From contig JBEKQV010000001.1 of the NCBI GenBank assembly GCA_049519355.1, forward strand, positions 220,491 through 284,490: DNA of 64,000 nucleotides. The letters are read 5' to 3'. Positions 27,921-38,569 of the stretch are shown in pieces. The notes below the pieces were generated by a model. That model searched no databases. It worked only from the letters and a program-made list of their open reading frames with translations, and was not told where the DNA came from. The DNA is from Candidatus Microgenomates bacterium (GTDB lineage Bacteria > Patescibacteriota > Microgenomatia > UBA8517). Position numbers and translations under genes: made by a program. Numbering within the stretch: position 1 is the first letter of the stretch; every line of letters starts with the position of its first letter.

Positions 27921-29411
27921 ATGCGCGACTATATTATTAAGCATGAAAAAGGAATTTTGCGGATTTTGGAAATTCTTCCAGGTTTTGTTTCCTGGAATTT
28001 GATTTTACTTCCCTACTGGGGAATTTTCGTTTTCCCGGTTTTTGTTGCTTACTTCATTCTGTTTTTTAACATTTATTGGTTTTACCAATCTCTTCAAATC
28101 GCTGTTTCTTCAATTATCTCGCATACCCGGATACAGGCCGCCAAAGTTTACGACTGGATGGGAGATGTCAAAGGTTTCCCCGATTGGCAAAAAGTACGGC
28201 ATGTTGTAATTATTCCCACCTACAAAGAGCCCCTTCATATTCTTGAAAGAACACTTGATTCTCTTGCGGCCCAAGAATTTCCGACAAAATTTATAATTCC
28301 GGTTTTGGCTATGGAAGAAAAGGAACAAGCCGCCGATAGAAACGCAAAATGGGAAGCGCTAAAAAACAAATACGGAAAAGTTTTCGGACATCTGTTCATG
28401 ACGGTCCACAAGCTTGAAATCGGAGAGGTTGCCGGCAAAGCTTCAAACGAGAGATTCGCGGCAATTTGGGTTAAGGAAAATTTTATCGACCCCAACAAAT
28501 TGGACATAGATTACTTTACGGTTACATCCTGCGATGCCGACCATAAGTTTCACCCCAAGCACTTTGCTAACTTAACTTATAAATTTCTGGACAACCCGAA
28601 TCGTTTCAAAATGTTTTGGCAACCTTCAGTTATGTTTTACAACAATATTTGGGAAATTCCGGCAATTACCAGAGTTCCCAATACTTTGATGACAATCTGG
28701 AATCTTTCCCAGCTTCCCAGAAAGGACCGTTTAATCAATGCTCAAAATTATTCCCTATCTTTCAAACTTCTTGATGAAGTCGGATATTGGGATGCGGATA
28801 AAATTCCCGAGGATTGGGGAATATTCTTTAAGGCCTTTTATAAAAAGGGTGGCGGAATTGAGGTTGACCCGATTTATCTGCCTCTAATGGCCGACGCGGC
28901 GCAATCCACCTCCTTCTGGAAAACCATAATGAGCCAGTACCAACAAATCCAAAGATGGGCCTGGGGTGTAAGCGATGATCCATGGATAATTAAAAGCTAC
29001 TTCTTGGCCCGGGACATTCCTTTTTGGGACAAAACAACCAGACTCATGCAAGTCATTTGGGCTCATTTTCTCTGGCCGGTCAATTGGTTTTTTATTACCT
29101 TGGGTCTTACCATCCCGACACTTCTAAACCCCGCTTTTGGTAGAACGGTTTTGGGTTACACTGTTCCCAAACTTTCATCTTTCGTTCTAACAATTTCTTT
29201 AGGATTCCTCGTCATAATGATTGCAATAGATAGCATGCATAAACCCAAAAGACCGAACAAGGTTTCCCTTTTCAGAACAATTTTAACTCCATTTGAATTT
29301 GTCCTAATGCCGATTGCGGGTTTTTTCTTTTCTGCTCTTCCGGGCATTGATGCCCACACCAGATTAATGTTGGGAAAATATATAGAGTATCGGGTTACGG
29401 AGAAAGTTTAG
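27921..29411 (+). CDS. Membrane-bound GT2 processive beta-glycosyltransferase (cellulose/chitin-synthase-like)
   Basis: N-terminal TM helices, a GT2 core with a DAD motif (TSCDADHKF) and a QxxRW motif (QQIQRWAWG), then C-terminal TM helices. Confidence 0.7.
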   Translation: MRDYIIKHEKGILRILEILPGFVSWNLILLPYWGIFVFPVFVAYFILFFNIYWFYQSLQIAVSSIISHTRIQAAKVYDWMGDVKGFPDWQKVRHVVIIPTYKEPLHILERTLDSLAAQEFPTKFIIPVLAMEEKEQAADRNAKWEALKNKYGKVFGHLFMTVHKLEIGEVAGKASNERFAAIWVKENFIDPNKLDIDYFTVTSCDADHKFHPKHFANLTYKFLDNPNRFKMFWQPSVMFYNNIWEIPAITRVPNTLMTIWNLSQLPRKDRLINAQNYSLSFKLLDEVGYWDADKIPEDWGIFFKAFYKKGGGIEVDPIYLPLMADAAQSTSFWKTIMSQYQQIQRWAWGVSDDPWIIKSYFLARDIPFWDKTTRLMQVIWAHFLWPVNWFFITLGLTIPTLLNPAFGRTVLGYTVPKLSSFVLTISLGFLVIMIAIDSMHKPKRPNKVSLFRTILTPFEFVLMPIAGFFFSALPGIDAHTRLMLGKYIEYRVTEKV

Positions 29412-30352
29412 AGAGATTTGTAGTACTCGATTGTTTTTTGAAGCCCTTCATCCAAACTCACTTTAGGTTCCCAGTCCAAAACTTTTTTGGCTTTTGAAAT
29501 ATCGGGCTGTCTCCTCATTGGATCGTCTTTCCTAAAAGTTCCCATATATTTTATTTCCGATTTTGAACCAGTCAATTTAATAATTTTTTCAGCTAAATAT
29601 TTTATTGTGTATTCATCTGAATTTCCCAAATTAAATATTTCTCCTTTTGTATTATCCGAAAACATTGCTGCACATATCCCCGTGATCATATCTGATATGT
29701 AGCAAAAAGATCTCGTTTGAGTTCCGTCCCCGTCAATGTTGATGGAATTATCCGCTAATGATTCGTTTATGAAATTACTTACCACACGCCCGTCGTCTTT
29801 CTTCATCCTGGGGCCATATGTATTAAAAATTCTGATTACCCTTGCATCGACTCCGTACTTGTGCAAATAAACATAAGTTGCGGCCTCGGCGAATCTTTTA
29901 CTTTCGTCATAACAACTCCTGGGCCCGAAAGTATTCACATTTCCGTAATACGACTCTTTTTGAGGATGCTCCAAGGGATCTCCATATATTTCCGAAGTTG
30001 AGGCAATAAGTATTTTAGCTCCGATTTTCTTTGCCAATTTAAGCATCTCAATTGTTCCCATAGAATTGGTTAAAAGTGTTTCTTCCGAGTAATTTTGATA
30101 ATCAATAGGAGATGCGGGGGATGCAAGGTGAAATATATAATCAACTTGTTTACCCTTCAGTTTATCGAGCGGTTTCGTCACGTCCATATCAATAAACTCA
30201 AAGTTTGGGTTTTTCAAAAGCTCCCCAATATTCCCCTTGGAGCCCGTCAGAAGATTATCCAGACAAAGTACCTTGTAATCCTTTCCAATCAAATAGTCAC
30301 AAAGATTACTCCCGATGAATCCCGCCCCGCCGGTGACCAAAATACTTTGCAT
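29408..30352 (-). CDS. UDP-glucuronate decarboxylase / UDP-xylose synthase (NAD-dependent epimerase/dehydratase family)
   Basis: The segment ILVTGGAGFIGSNLCDYLIGKDYKVLCLDNLLTG, plus YDESKRFAE (YxxxK), resembles UXS/ArnA-decarboxylase-type SDR enzymes. Confidence 0.8.
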   Translation of the reverse strand: MQSILVTGGAGFIGSNLCDYLIGKDYKVLCLDNLLTGSKGNIGELLKNPNFEFIDMDVTKPLDKLKGKQVDYIFHLASPASPIDYQNYSEETLLTNSMGTIEMLKLAKKIGAKILIASTSEIYGDPLEHPQKESYYGNVNTFGPRSCYDESKRFAEAATYVYLHKYGVDARVIRIFNTYGPRMKKDDGRVVSNFINESLADNSINIDGDGTQTRSFCYISDMITGICAAMFSDNTKGEIFNLGNSDEYTIKYLAEKIIKLTGSKSEIKYMGTFRKDDPMRRQPDISKAKKVLDWEPKVSLDEGLQKTIEYYKSL

Positions 30353-30383
30353 ATGGCCAAATTATACCTTAAACTGATTTTAT

Positions 30384-31892
30384 ATGAAATCCTTTTGGCA
30401 GAAACTTCATATAATCTCGGACAAACTTCACCTTCCCTCCCTCCCCAACTGGCTTGTTGGGATTCTTGCTTTGGTTTTTATTCTCCGAATTCCGTCTTTT
30501 TTTGAACCATACTATTACGGCGATGAAATGGTTTATCTGACACTTGGACAGGGAATCCGACAAGGACTCACTCTTTATAAAAATATCTACGACAACAAAC
30601 CACCCCTCCTTTATATAACCGCAGCTGTCGCCGGAAATCTTTTCTGGTTTAAAGTGATTTTGGCTTTTTGGAATTTAGTTACGATTGTCATTTTTTATAA
30701 ACTTGCAAAAAAGCTGTTTGAGAATAACCCCAAAACACAAAAGCTCTCCACTTTACTTTTTGGTCTTTTAACAACTCTTCCTCTACTGGAAGGACAAACC
30801 GTTAACTCTGAACTTTTCATGATAGCTTTTACAATCCTCGCACTTTTGATACTTCTCGAAAAGAATCTAAGCTCCAAGAAGGTCTTTTTTGCAGGTATCC
30901 TTTTTGGACTCGGAACTCTTTTTAAAGTCCCCGCAGCATTTGATGCCCCTGTAATTGTTTTTTACTGGTTTATAACCCAAGGCTTTGGCAATTGGAAAAA
31001 AATAATTAAAGATTCAGTTATTCTCGGAGCCGGATTTATATTGCCGTTATTTTTAACATTTATTTGGTATTTTTTCAAAGGAGCGCTTCCGCAGTATATC
31101 AATGCAGCATTCCTGCAAAATGTCGGTTATTTGAGCAGTTTTAGACCGGGAGATATCCAAAAACCGTTCCTCATTAGAAATGCACCGCTTCTTATCCGCG
31201 GACTAATTGTTCTTGCCGGTTCGGCAGCCCTCTTTTTATTCCGAAAAAAGCTTTCAGGCAAATTCATTCTCATTACCCTCTGGACTCTCTTTGCTCTTTT
31301 TGCCATAGCACTTTCCGAAAGACCATACCCTCACTACTTTGTCCAGGCGGTGGCTCCGATCTCATTTCTTTTGGCCATGCTTTTTACCGAAAAAAATCTT
31401 GAGCAATCCCTTACGGTCATACCCCTGGCCATAACACTTTTCGTACCCGTTTATTACAAATTCTGGTATTACCCAACCGTCAGTTATTACACACGCTTTA
31501 TCAACTTTGCCATGCATAGCGAAACTAAGGAGCAGTATTTTACCCAATTCTCTCCCACGGTAAACAGGGACTATGAATTGGCTCAATTTTTGGTAATGTC
31601 GAGTACACCGGCCGACCGGGTATTTATGTGGGACCCGGACTCCGCAACAGTCTATGCGCTAAGCAAGCGTCTTCCCCCGATCAAATATGTTGTAAATTAC
31701 CATATATTGGATTATTCAACGACGGCCCAGGAAGCAAAAAATATTGCGTTGAACCCTCCAAAATTCATTATACTGACTGACGGTAACCCCTACCCGGAAC
31801 TTACCCCACTGATAAAAGAAAGGTACGTCCTTGTTAACCGGATAGACGACGCCAGTGTTTATGCCAGGTTAGATTTTGCCCCAGCCAAGTAA
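30384..31892 (+). CDS. ArnT/PMT-family (GT39/GT83) membrane glycosyltransferase
   Basis: YYYGDEMVYLTLGQG...NKPPLLY is the signature loop-1 DE motif. 502 aa and polytopic. Confidence 0.65.
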   Translation: MKSFWQKLHIISDKLHLPSLPNWLVGILALVFILRIPSFFEPYYYGDEMVYLTLGQGIRQGLTLYKNIYDNKPPLLYITAAVAGNLFWFKVILAFWNLVTIVIFYKLAKKLFENNPKTQKLSTLLFGLLTTLPLLEGQTVNSELFMIAFTILALLILLEKNLSSKKVFFAGILFGLGTLFKVPAAFDAPVIVFYWFITQGFGNWKKIIKDSVILGAGFILPLFLTFIWYFFKGALPQYINAAFLQNVGYLSSFRPGDIQKPFLIRNAPLLIRGLIVLAGSAALFLFRKKLSGKFILITLWTLFALFAIALSERPYPHYFVQAVAPISFLLAMLFTEKNLEQSLTVIPLAITLFVPVYYKFWYYPTVSYYTRFINFAMHSETKEQYFTQFSPTVNRDYELAQFLVMSSTPADRVFMWDPDSATVYALSKRLPPIKYVVNYHILDYSTTAQEAKNIALNPPKFIILTDGNPYPELTPLIKERYVLVNRIDDASVYARLDFAPAK

Positions 31893-31914
31893 TATCGTAC
31901 AATAAGGCTACTGG

Positions 31915-32247
31915 ATGTGGAAAAAGATTGTTTTTAACAACTATTTTCTGGCGGCCTTTATTCTAAATGCAATTTCTCTGTTGGTACCTATTGTACTAAG
32001 GAGTTTCCTTCCCCCCGTAGTTCCTCTATTCTACGGACGTCCCGTGGGTGAAGGCCAGCTTACTACTTCCCTAGGTCTTGTCATAGCTCCCGCCGTTTCC
32101 ATCCTCATTACAATAATCAATCTGTTCTTAAATCTTTGGACAAAAGACGTTTTCCTTAAAAGGGTTCTCGCCGCTTCAGCTCTTGTTATTTCAGTTGTAA
32201 CGGTAATTACTGTTATAAAAATAGTTCTTTTGGTCGGATTTTTTTAA
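31915..32247 (+). CDS. Small three-TM membrane protein (hypothetical)
   Basis: 110 aa and hydrophobic. It sits immediately upstream of the WecA-like gene. Confidence 0.3.
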   Translation: MWKKIVFNNYFLAAFILNAISLLVPIVLRSFLPPVVPLFYGRPVGEGQLTTSLGLVIAPAVSILITIINLFLNLWTKDVFLKRVLAASALVISVVTVITVIKIVLLVGFF

Positions 32248-32248
32248 T

Positions 32249-33340
32249 ATGAATAATCTGCGCAGTCTTTTCTTAATCCCCTGGATAACATCGGCTATTT
32301 TGGCTTTTTTAGCCACACCTCTTGTCATCAAACTTGCCGGCAAACTCGGAATAATTGACGACCCGAGAAAAAATAAGCATCCGAAAGTAATTCATACTTA
32401 CCCTGTACCAAGAGGAGGAGGAATTCCGATTTTCATTGCTCTTCTTGTTAGTTCTTTACTATTTCTTCCCCTAGATAAACAAATCATCGGAATTTTAATA
32501 GGAGCCGTACTTCTGGTTGTCATGGGAACGCTTGACGATAGATATAACCTTAACCCATATCTAAGACTGGCCTTGGGCTTTCTTGCGGCCGCGGCCCCAA
32601 TTGCGGCGGGAATCGGCATTTCGTTTATATCAAACCCGCTGGGTGGAATATTTGATCTTAGCCATCCCCAAATAAGTTTTGTACTTTTCGGGGCAACGCA
32701 TAGTATCTGGATTCTTTCCGACTTATTTGCCCTTATCTGGATTACGTTTCTTATGAATATGGTAAATATGGGGGCGAAAGGAGTCGACGGACAACTTAGC
32801 GGCGTGACCGTTATTGCCGCACTAACCATTGCCTTCCTATCCCTGAAATTTTCGGCGGATATCACCCAGTGGCCAGTGATAATTTTGGCAGCAATCACGG
32901 CCGGTGCTTATTTGGGCTTTTTGCCCTGGCATATATTTCCACAAAAAATTATGCCCGGCTATGGCGGAAGCACGCTTGCCGGTTACCTTCTGGCAATTCT
33001 CTCAATTCTTTCTACCACAAAAGTCGGGGCGTTGATGGTTGTTCTGGGTGTTCCTTTAATCGATACCGGTTACACAATTGTCCGCCGTTTAATCAATCAT
33101 AAATCTCCCGTTTGGGGAGACCGCGGGCATTTGCATCACAGGCTATTGGACGCCGGGCTAACTAAAAGACAAGTGGCTTATTTCTACTGGGGAGTCACAG
33201 CCATCCTTGGGTTTCTGGCAATAAATTTGAATACCGCCTCCAAGCTCTATACAATGATAGGTATTGTTGCCTTTATTGGAGGTCTTATTTTATGGCTAAC
33301 CTACAGGCCGAAAAACCGGAACGAACAAAAGATAATTTGA
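32249..33340 (+). CDS. Polyprenyl-phosphate N-acetylhexosamine-1-phosphate transferase (MraY/WecA/TagO family, GT4)
   Basis: Polytopic, with DDRYNL (the DDxxN Mg-binding motif), NMVNMGAKGVDG (corresponding to NxxNxxDGIDGL) and a C-terminal VPLIDTGYTIVRR. Confidence 0.75.
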   Translation: MNNLRSLFLIPWITSAILAFLATPLVIKLAGKLGIIDDPRKNKHPKVIHTYPVPRGGGIPIFIALLVSSLLFLPLDKQIIGILIGAVLLVVMGTLDDRYNLNPYLRLALGFLAAAAPIAAGIGISFISNPLGGIFDLSHPQISFVLFGATHSIWILSDLFALIWITFLMNMVNMGAKGVDGQLSGVTVIAALTIAFLSLKFSADITQWPVIILAAITAGAYLGFLPWHIFPQKIMPGYGGSTLAGYLLAILSILSTTKVGALMVVLGVPLIDTGYTIVRRLINHKSPVWGDRGHLHHRLLDAGLTKRQVAYFYWGVTAILGFLAINLNTASKLYTMIGIVAFIGGLILWLTYRPKNRNEQKII

Positions 33341-34266
33341 TAATCGCCGCCTTCAAGGCAATGCGACCGGTCCATTGGATCAAAAACATTTCCCTGTTTG
33401 CTGCAATTTTCCTTACAGGATTTCTTTTCGACCAAGGACAATTTACAAAAGTCCTGTGGGCTTTCGTGGCCTTTTGTTTAACCACCTCAGCCACCTATGT
33501 ATTTAACGATATCTTGGATATCAAATCCGACAAACTTCATCCTATGAAAAAGTTTCGGCCTGTTGCCTCGGGAGCACTTCCAGTACGGGTCGCTGTCGTT
33601 GAATCGGCAATCTTGATTATTGCCTCAATCTTGATAGCTGTCGCGGGGGGGTTAAATTCGCTTTTTATAACAATTTTAATTGCATATCTTGTCATGCAGT
33701 TTTTCTACAGTCTTGGACTTAAAAATGTTGCCATCATTGATATCATAATCATTGCAGCGGGGTTTGTTTTTAGGGTCTATGCAGGTGCATTTGCGATCGA
33801 TGCTCACCTTTCCGTTTGGTTTTTGCTTTGTGTAATCTCGGCCGCACTTTTCCTTGCCTCGGGTAAACGAAGGGCTGAAATCAATATTGCCGAAAACCTG
33901 GATTTTGGAACAAGAAAAAGCCTGGGAACGTACAAGAAGGAGCTTTTAAACTCCTATGTAACAATGTTTGGAAACGCATCGTGGATGTCTTGGGCTTTGT
34001 TTACTTTTTTCGAAAGCCCAAGGGCATCTGTTCCTTTCTGGTTGGTCCTGGCGGAAATTTCCAAAACCACAACCATTACCAAACTTCTTATGCTGACTAT
34101 TCCCGTTACAATTTTTGGGGTAATGAGATATGAATCACTGATTTTCGAAGGTAAAACTGAAACGCCGGAAAAACTCCTTTTAACCGATAAAATGCTTATT
34201 GCGACGGTACTTATTTGGATAGGCCTCATTTATTGGGTCCTCTATGGTGGAATTGCCGCAATATAA
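33292..34266 (+). CDS. UbiA-superfamily prenyl-phosphate phosphoribosyltransferase-like protein (decaprenyl-phosphate 5-phosphoribosyltransferase/DPPR synthase-like)
   Basis: NDILDIKSDKLHPMKKFRPVASG closely matches the NDxxDxxxD...KRFRPIAAG motif of Rv3806c-type UbiA enzymes. About nine TM helices. Confidence 0.7.
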   Translation: MANLQAEKPERTKDNLIIAAFKAMRPVHWIKNISLFAAIFLTGFLFDQGQFTKVLWAFVAFCLTTSATYVFNDILDIKSDKLHPMKKFRPVASGALPVRVAVVESAILIIASILIAVAGGLNSLFITILIAYLVMQFFYSLGLKNVAIIDIIIIAAGFVFRVYAGAFAIDAHLSVWFLLCVISAALFLASGKRRAEINIAENLDFGTRKSLGTYKKELLNSYVTMFGNASWMSWALFTFFESPRASVPFWLVLAEISKTTTITKLLMLTIPVTIFGVMRYESLIFEGKTETPEKLLLTDKMLIATVLIWIGLIYWVLYGGIAAI

Positions 34267-34267
34267 A

Positions 34268-35164
34268 TTAAGGTATGAGAGCGGGAGTCGCGCTCGGAGT
34301 CGATATTAAGGGTTGAGGAATTTTTTGAGCAAACTGGCCTGAAACCCAACCTGTTACTCCACCTGGGACTGCCGATGATGAGGCTTCATATTGAATTTCC
34401 AGCCAACCGGTTGCAGCATCTATATCAATATACGGGTAAACACTTCCGGGCTTGGCTTCACCTATTTCTTTTCCCGCCGCCCCGGGAAGGGTTCTCACTC
34501 TTAAAAAGCCAGTAGGAGTATTTCCTATCTGAACATAAGGTTCCGGGGTTGGCGACGGTGATGGGTTCGATAGAGAAGATTCATCCGACGAAACGCCTTT
34601 TGCCAGCTTTGCAAAGACGGTAAGTCTATAACCAACCAAGGTCTTAATTGACATAACTCTGTCGGCATATCCGGGGGCTTTAACCGTGATCTGGTGCTGA
34701 GCCGGTGAAATTGTAGATGTCTCATAGGGGGCAAAACCTTGTGTTACACCGTCAACCGAAACCTGGGCATTATCCGGCGTAGAAACAACGACCATGCCGG
34801 CAGTAGTCCCTGCTTGCGTTTCAAATGAAATAACGTCTCCCGACGAAGCATCCTCGCTACTTCCGAATTCTCTTCGTACAACCGTCTGTATTTCGGAGAC
34901 CAATGTTATTTGAGTCTCATAAGGGGTTAGTGTAGTGTTCGTGGCATTTGGCACAAGTTTTAGAGTAATTTGTCCTGCTTTATAAAAACCTTGATACGGG
35001 GTAGTACCTACTAAATTTCCGTTAATATAAACGCTTGCGGGAGGACTGGTGTCAACCAAAATTCCGCCGGGTTTGGGCTTAAAATAACCGATTAAAAAAA
35101 GTGCTGCTGCAACAAGTGAGGCCAAAGAAACAATTGAAATTAGTATTATATTGACAGTCTTCAT
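34268..35164 (-). CDS. PEGA-domain surface protein (start taken at MKTVNIILI; the ORF opens at 35263)
   Basis: An N-terminal signal anchor and two PEGA-like repeats (VYINGNLVGTTPYQ and VSVDGVTQGFAPYE), then a C-terminal beta-rich domain. Confidence 0.6.
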   Translation of the reverse strand: MKTVNIILISIVSLASLVAAALFLIGYFKPKPGGILVDTSPPASVYINGNLVGTTPYQGFYKAGQITLKLVPNATNTTLTPYETQITLVSEIQTVVRREFGSSEDASSGDVISFETQAGTTAGMVVVSTPDNAQVSVDGVTQGFAPYETSTISPAQHQITVKAPGYADRVMSIKTLVGYRLTVFAKLAKGVSSDESSLSNPSPSPTPEPYVQIGNTPTGFLRVRTLPGAAGKEIGEAKPGSVYPYIDIDAATGWLEIQYEASSSAVPGGVTGWVSGQFAQKIPQPLISTPSATPALIP

Positions 35165-35265
35165 TGTGTCCGAGTTTAACACATGGCAAGTAAAGCTTGC
35201 CACTCGGCTAAATACAAGCCTCGTGGTACGCAAAGCTGACACTGCGTGATAAAATACAAGCATCC

Positions 35266-35337
35266 GGCCGGATGGCGAAGAGGAAACGCAGCGGTCTGCA
35301 AAACCGTTATGCGCGGGTTCGATTCCCGCTCCGGCCT
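35266..35337 (+). tRNA. tRNA-Cys (anticodon GCA)
   Basis: A manually folded cloverleaf. The acceptor stem pairs GGCCGGA with TCCGGCC. The anticodon stem GCGGT/ACCGT encloses the loop CT-GCA-AA. The T-arm is GCGGG-TTCGATT-CCCGC. The discriminator is U, a tRNA-Cys identity element. CCA is not encoded. Confidence 0.85.
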
Positions 35338-35387
35338 CATCTCAAACTTGACTTTAGCCGTTTTCATACGGTAAACTAACGGCTCAT

Positions 35388-35409
35388 CCCGCACAAAGCG
35401 GGATTTTTT
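35388..35409 (+). terminator. Rho-independent terminator downstream of tRNA-Cys
   Basis: A CCCGC-acaaa-GCGGG stem-loop followed by ATTTTTT. Confidence 0.7.
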
Positions 35410-35415
35410 GTGCCT

Positions 35416-36096
35416 ATGAAAAAAATCAGCCTTGAACTACCTGTATACCGCTTACAGTTTGATATGAAACTGGTCAAAAGGCGGAAGCCTCTCTTGGATA
35501 AAACTCTTGTCCCCACCCGATCAGTTGTAAACAAAAAATACAGAAGCGGGACCTTTACGGGGAGACTTGTCAGGTACTTTGCAGACCACAAAAGCATAAG
35601 GAAGATCTTTGCTTCCAGCTTTGCCGTTCTTGCGATATCTGCAAGTTTTATTCCCCAAACCTCGAGCGTACGTGCACAAAGTGACGATGCTATTATTCAA
35701 ACCCAAACCAACCTTGTAACCGAAACGAGCATGAAATACCCAGTTGAGCCCGTACTTATTAACCAGAACTACAGCTTCCTTCATCCAGCCATAGATTTTG
35801 GAGGAGAACTGGGAGAATCTATTAAACCTGTCATGGCCGGAATTGTTACTTATGCCGGCTGGGACTATTCCGGATACGGAAACTTGGTGGTAATTGGCTC
35901 AAAAACCGCCGATGACACTTATGAAATATACTACGCTCATCTTTCAAAGATAGAGGTCAAAACCGGACAAACAATTGATGTAAATACCGAAATCGGTAAA
36001 TTGGGAGAAACGGGTCATGCCACGGGTCCTCACCTTCACCTAGAAATCTACCAAAACGGAGTTCACCTTAATCCCCTAACTGTCTTGTCCCAATAA
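35416..36096 (+). CDS. M23-family (LytM-type) metallopeptidase
   Basis: An N-terminal signal/TM region, then HPAIDFGG and GHATGPHLHLE, which are the HxxxD and HxH zinc-binding motifs of M23 peptidases. Confidence 0.75.
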   Translation: MKKISLELPVYRLQFDMKLVKRRKPLLDKTLVPTRSVVNKKYRSGTFTGRLVRYFADHKSIRKIFASSFAVLAISASFIPQTSSVRAQSDDAIIQTQTNLVTETSMKYPVEPVLINQNYSFLHPAIDFGGELGESIKPVMAGIVTYAGWDYSGYGNLVVIGSKTADDTYEIYYAHLSKIEVKTGQTIDVNTEIGKLGETGHATGPHLHLEIYQNGVHLNPLTVLSQ

Positions 36097-36522
36097 ATAC
36101 TGCTGGGCAAGTAAAACTACATACTTAGAATCTGCAAAAGGCAACATTTCTGAAGCTTTATCGACATCAACCCATATGTGGTTTGACTTTCCTTCGACAT
36201 TCTTTATTTCACCATCATAACCGGTTACAAAATAAGCGGAAATATCATAAAGGTGATTACTGATAGAAGTACATAAAAATCTGTCCAGGCAAATAAATTC
36301 AGTAATTTCGACACCGCACTCTTCCCTAACTTCTCTTTTTAATGCCTCCTCATGACTTTCATTTGTTGACTTTTCCACCTTACCTCCGGGAATAATTGTG
36401 TATCCGTAATATGCTTTTTCGGGGGTTTTCCTTTCTTCAAGAAGAACTTTGCCGCTTTTATATATTAAAAAGTAGACGCCTTCCCTTTCCGGTAGTCTTT
36501 GTTCCTTCACTTCAACCGACAT
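36076..36522 (-). CDS. NUDIX hydrolase
   Basis: The Nudix box reads GGKVEKSTNESHEEALKREVREECGVEI (GX5EX7REUXEEXGU). Confidence 0.75.
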   Translation of the reverse strand: MSVEVKEQRLPEREGVYFLIYKSGKVLLEERKTPEKAYYGYTIIPGGKVEKSTNESHEEALKREVREECGVEITEFICLDRFLCTSISNHLYDISAYFVTGYDGEIKNVEGKSNHIWVDVDKASEMLPFADSKYVVLLAQQYLLGQDS

Positions 36523-36569
36523 TCGAGGAATATTTACACAAAAACTGATTTTTTACAAGCAACTGGAGT

Positions 36570-38488
<1,919 letters not shown>

Positions 38489-38490
38489 TT

Positions 38491-38523
38491 TAGCGAAAAA
38501 AGAATGCTAATCGCTTAGCATTC
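38491..38523 (-). repeat. Extra CIRCE half-site forming a perfect 9-bp hairpin (GAATGCTAA-gcga-TTAGCATTC) followed by a T6 tract on the gene strand, immediately 5' of the groES start
   Basis: The inverted repeat at 38502-38523 is directly visible. On the minus strand it is followed by TTTTTTCGCTAAAATG (groES ATG). Confidence 0.5.
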
Positions 38524-38541
38524 ATACCATACGAGTGCTAT
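38515..38541 (-). promoter_or_regulatory. CIRCE operator upstream of groES
   Basis: The plus strand reads TTAGCATTC-ATACCATAC-GAGTGCTAT, against the consensus TTAGCACTC-N9-GAGTGCTAA. Each half matches 8/9 and the spacer is 9 nt. It lies 27-53 nt upstream of the groES ATG. Confidence 0.65.
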
Positions 38542-38569
38542 TGTAAATTAGTGTCGAAGCTGTTGTCAA
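38540..38569 (-). promoter_or_regulatory. Putative sigma70-type promoter of groES-groEL (-35 TTGACA, 18-nt spacer, -10 TACAAT) abutting CIRCE
   Basis: The reverse complement of 38564-38569 is TTGACA. The reverse complement of 38540-38545 is TACAAT. The element lies in the 3' end of the upstream nucleotidyltransferase gene. Confidence 0.4.

Noticed and set aside
32398-32898. 166-aa minus-strand ORF
   Set aside because: Antisense to the well-supported WecA/MraY-family gene. Low-complexity translation.
35176-35394. 72-aa minus-strand ORF
   Set aside because: It overlaps the tRNA-Cys gene and its terminator, and is an artefact of the RNA gene region.
36523-36569. Possible groEL terminator (A6-TCAG-T5 palindrome)
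   Set aside because: The stem would be A:T only with no GC clamp. It is too weak to call.
38502-38523. Initially read as a plain intrinsic terminator for the upstream nucleotidyltransferase gene
   Set aside because: Re-reading showed that the downstream arm is the left half of a bona fide CIRCE (TTAGCATTC-N9-GAGTGCTAT) and that a TTGACA/TACAAT promoter lies upstream of it. The hairpin is therefore inside the groES leader, not simply a terminator. It is reported as a composite regulatory region instead.
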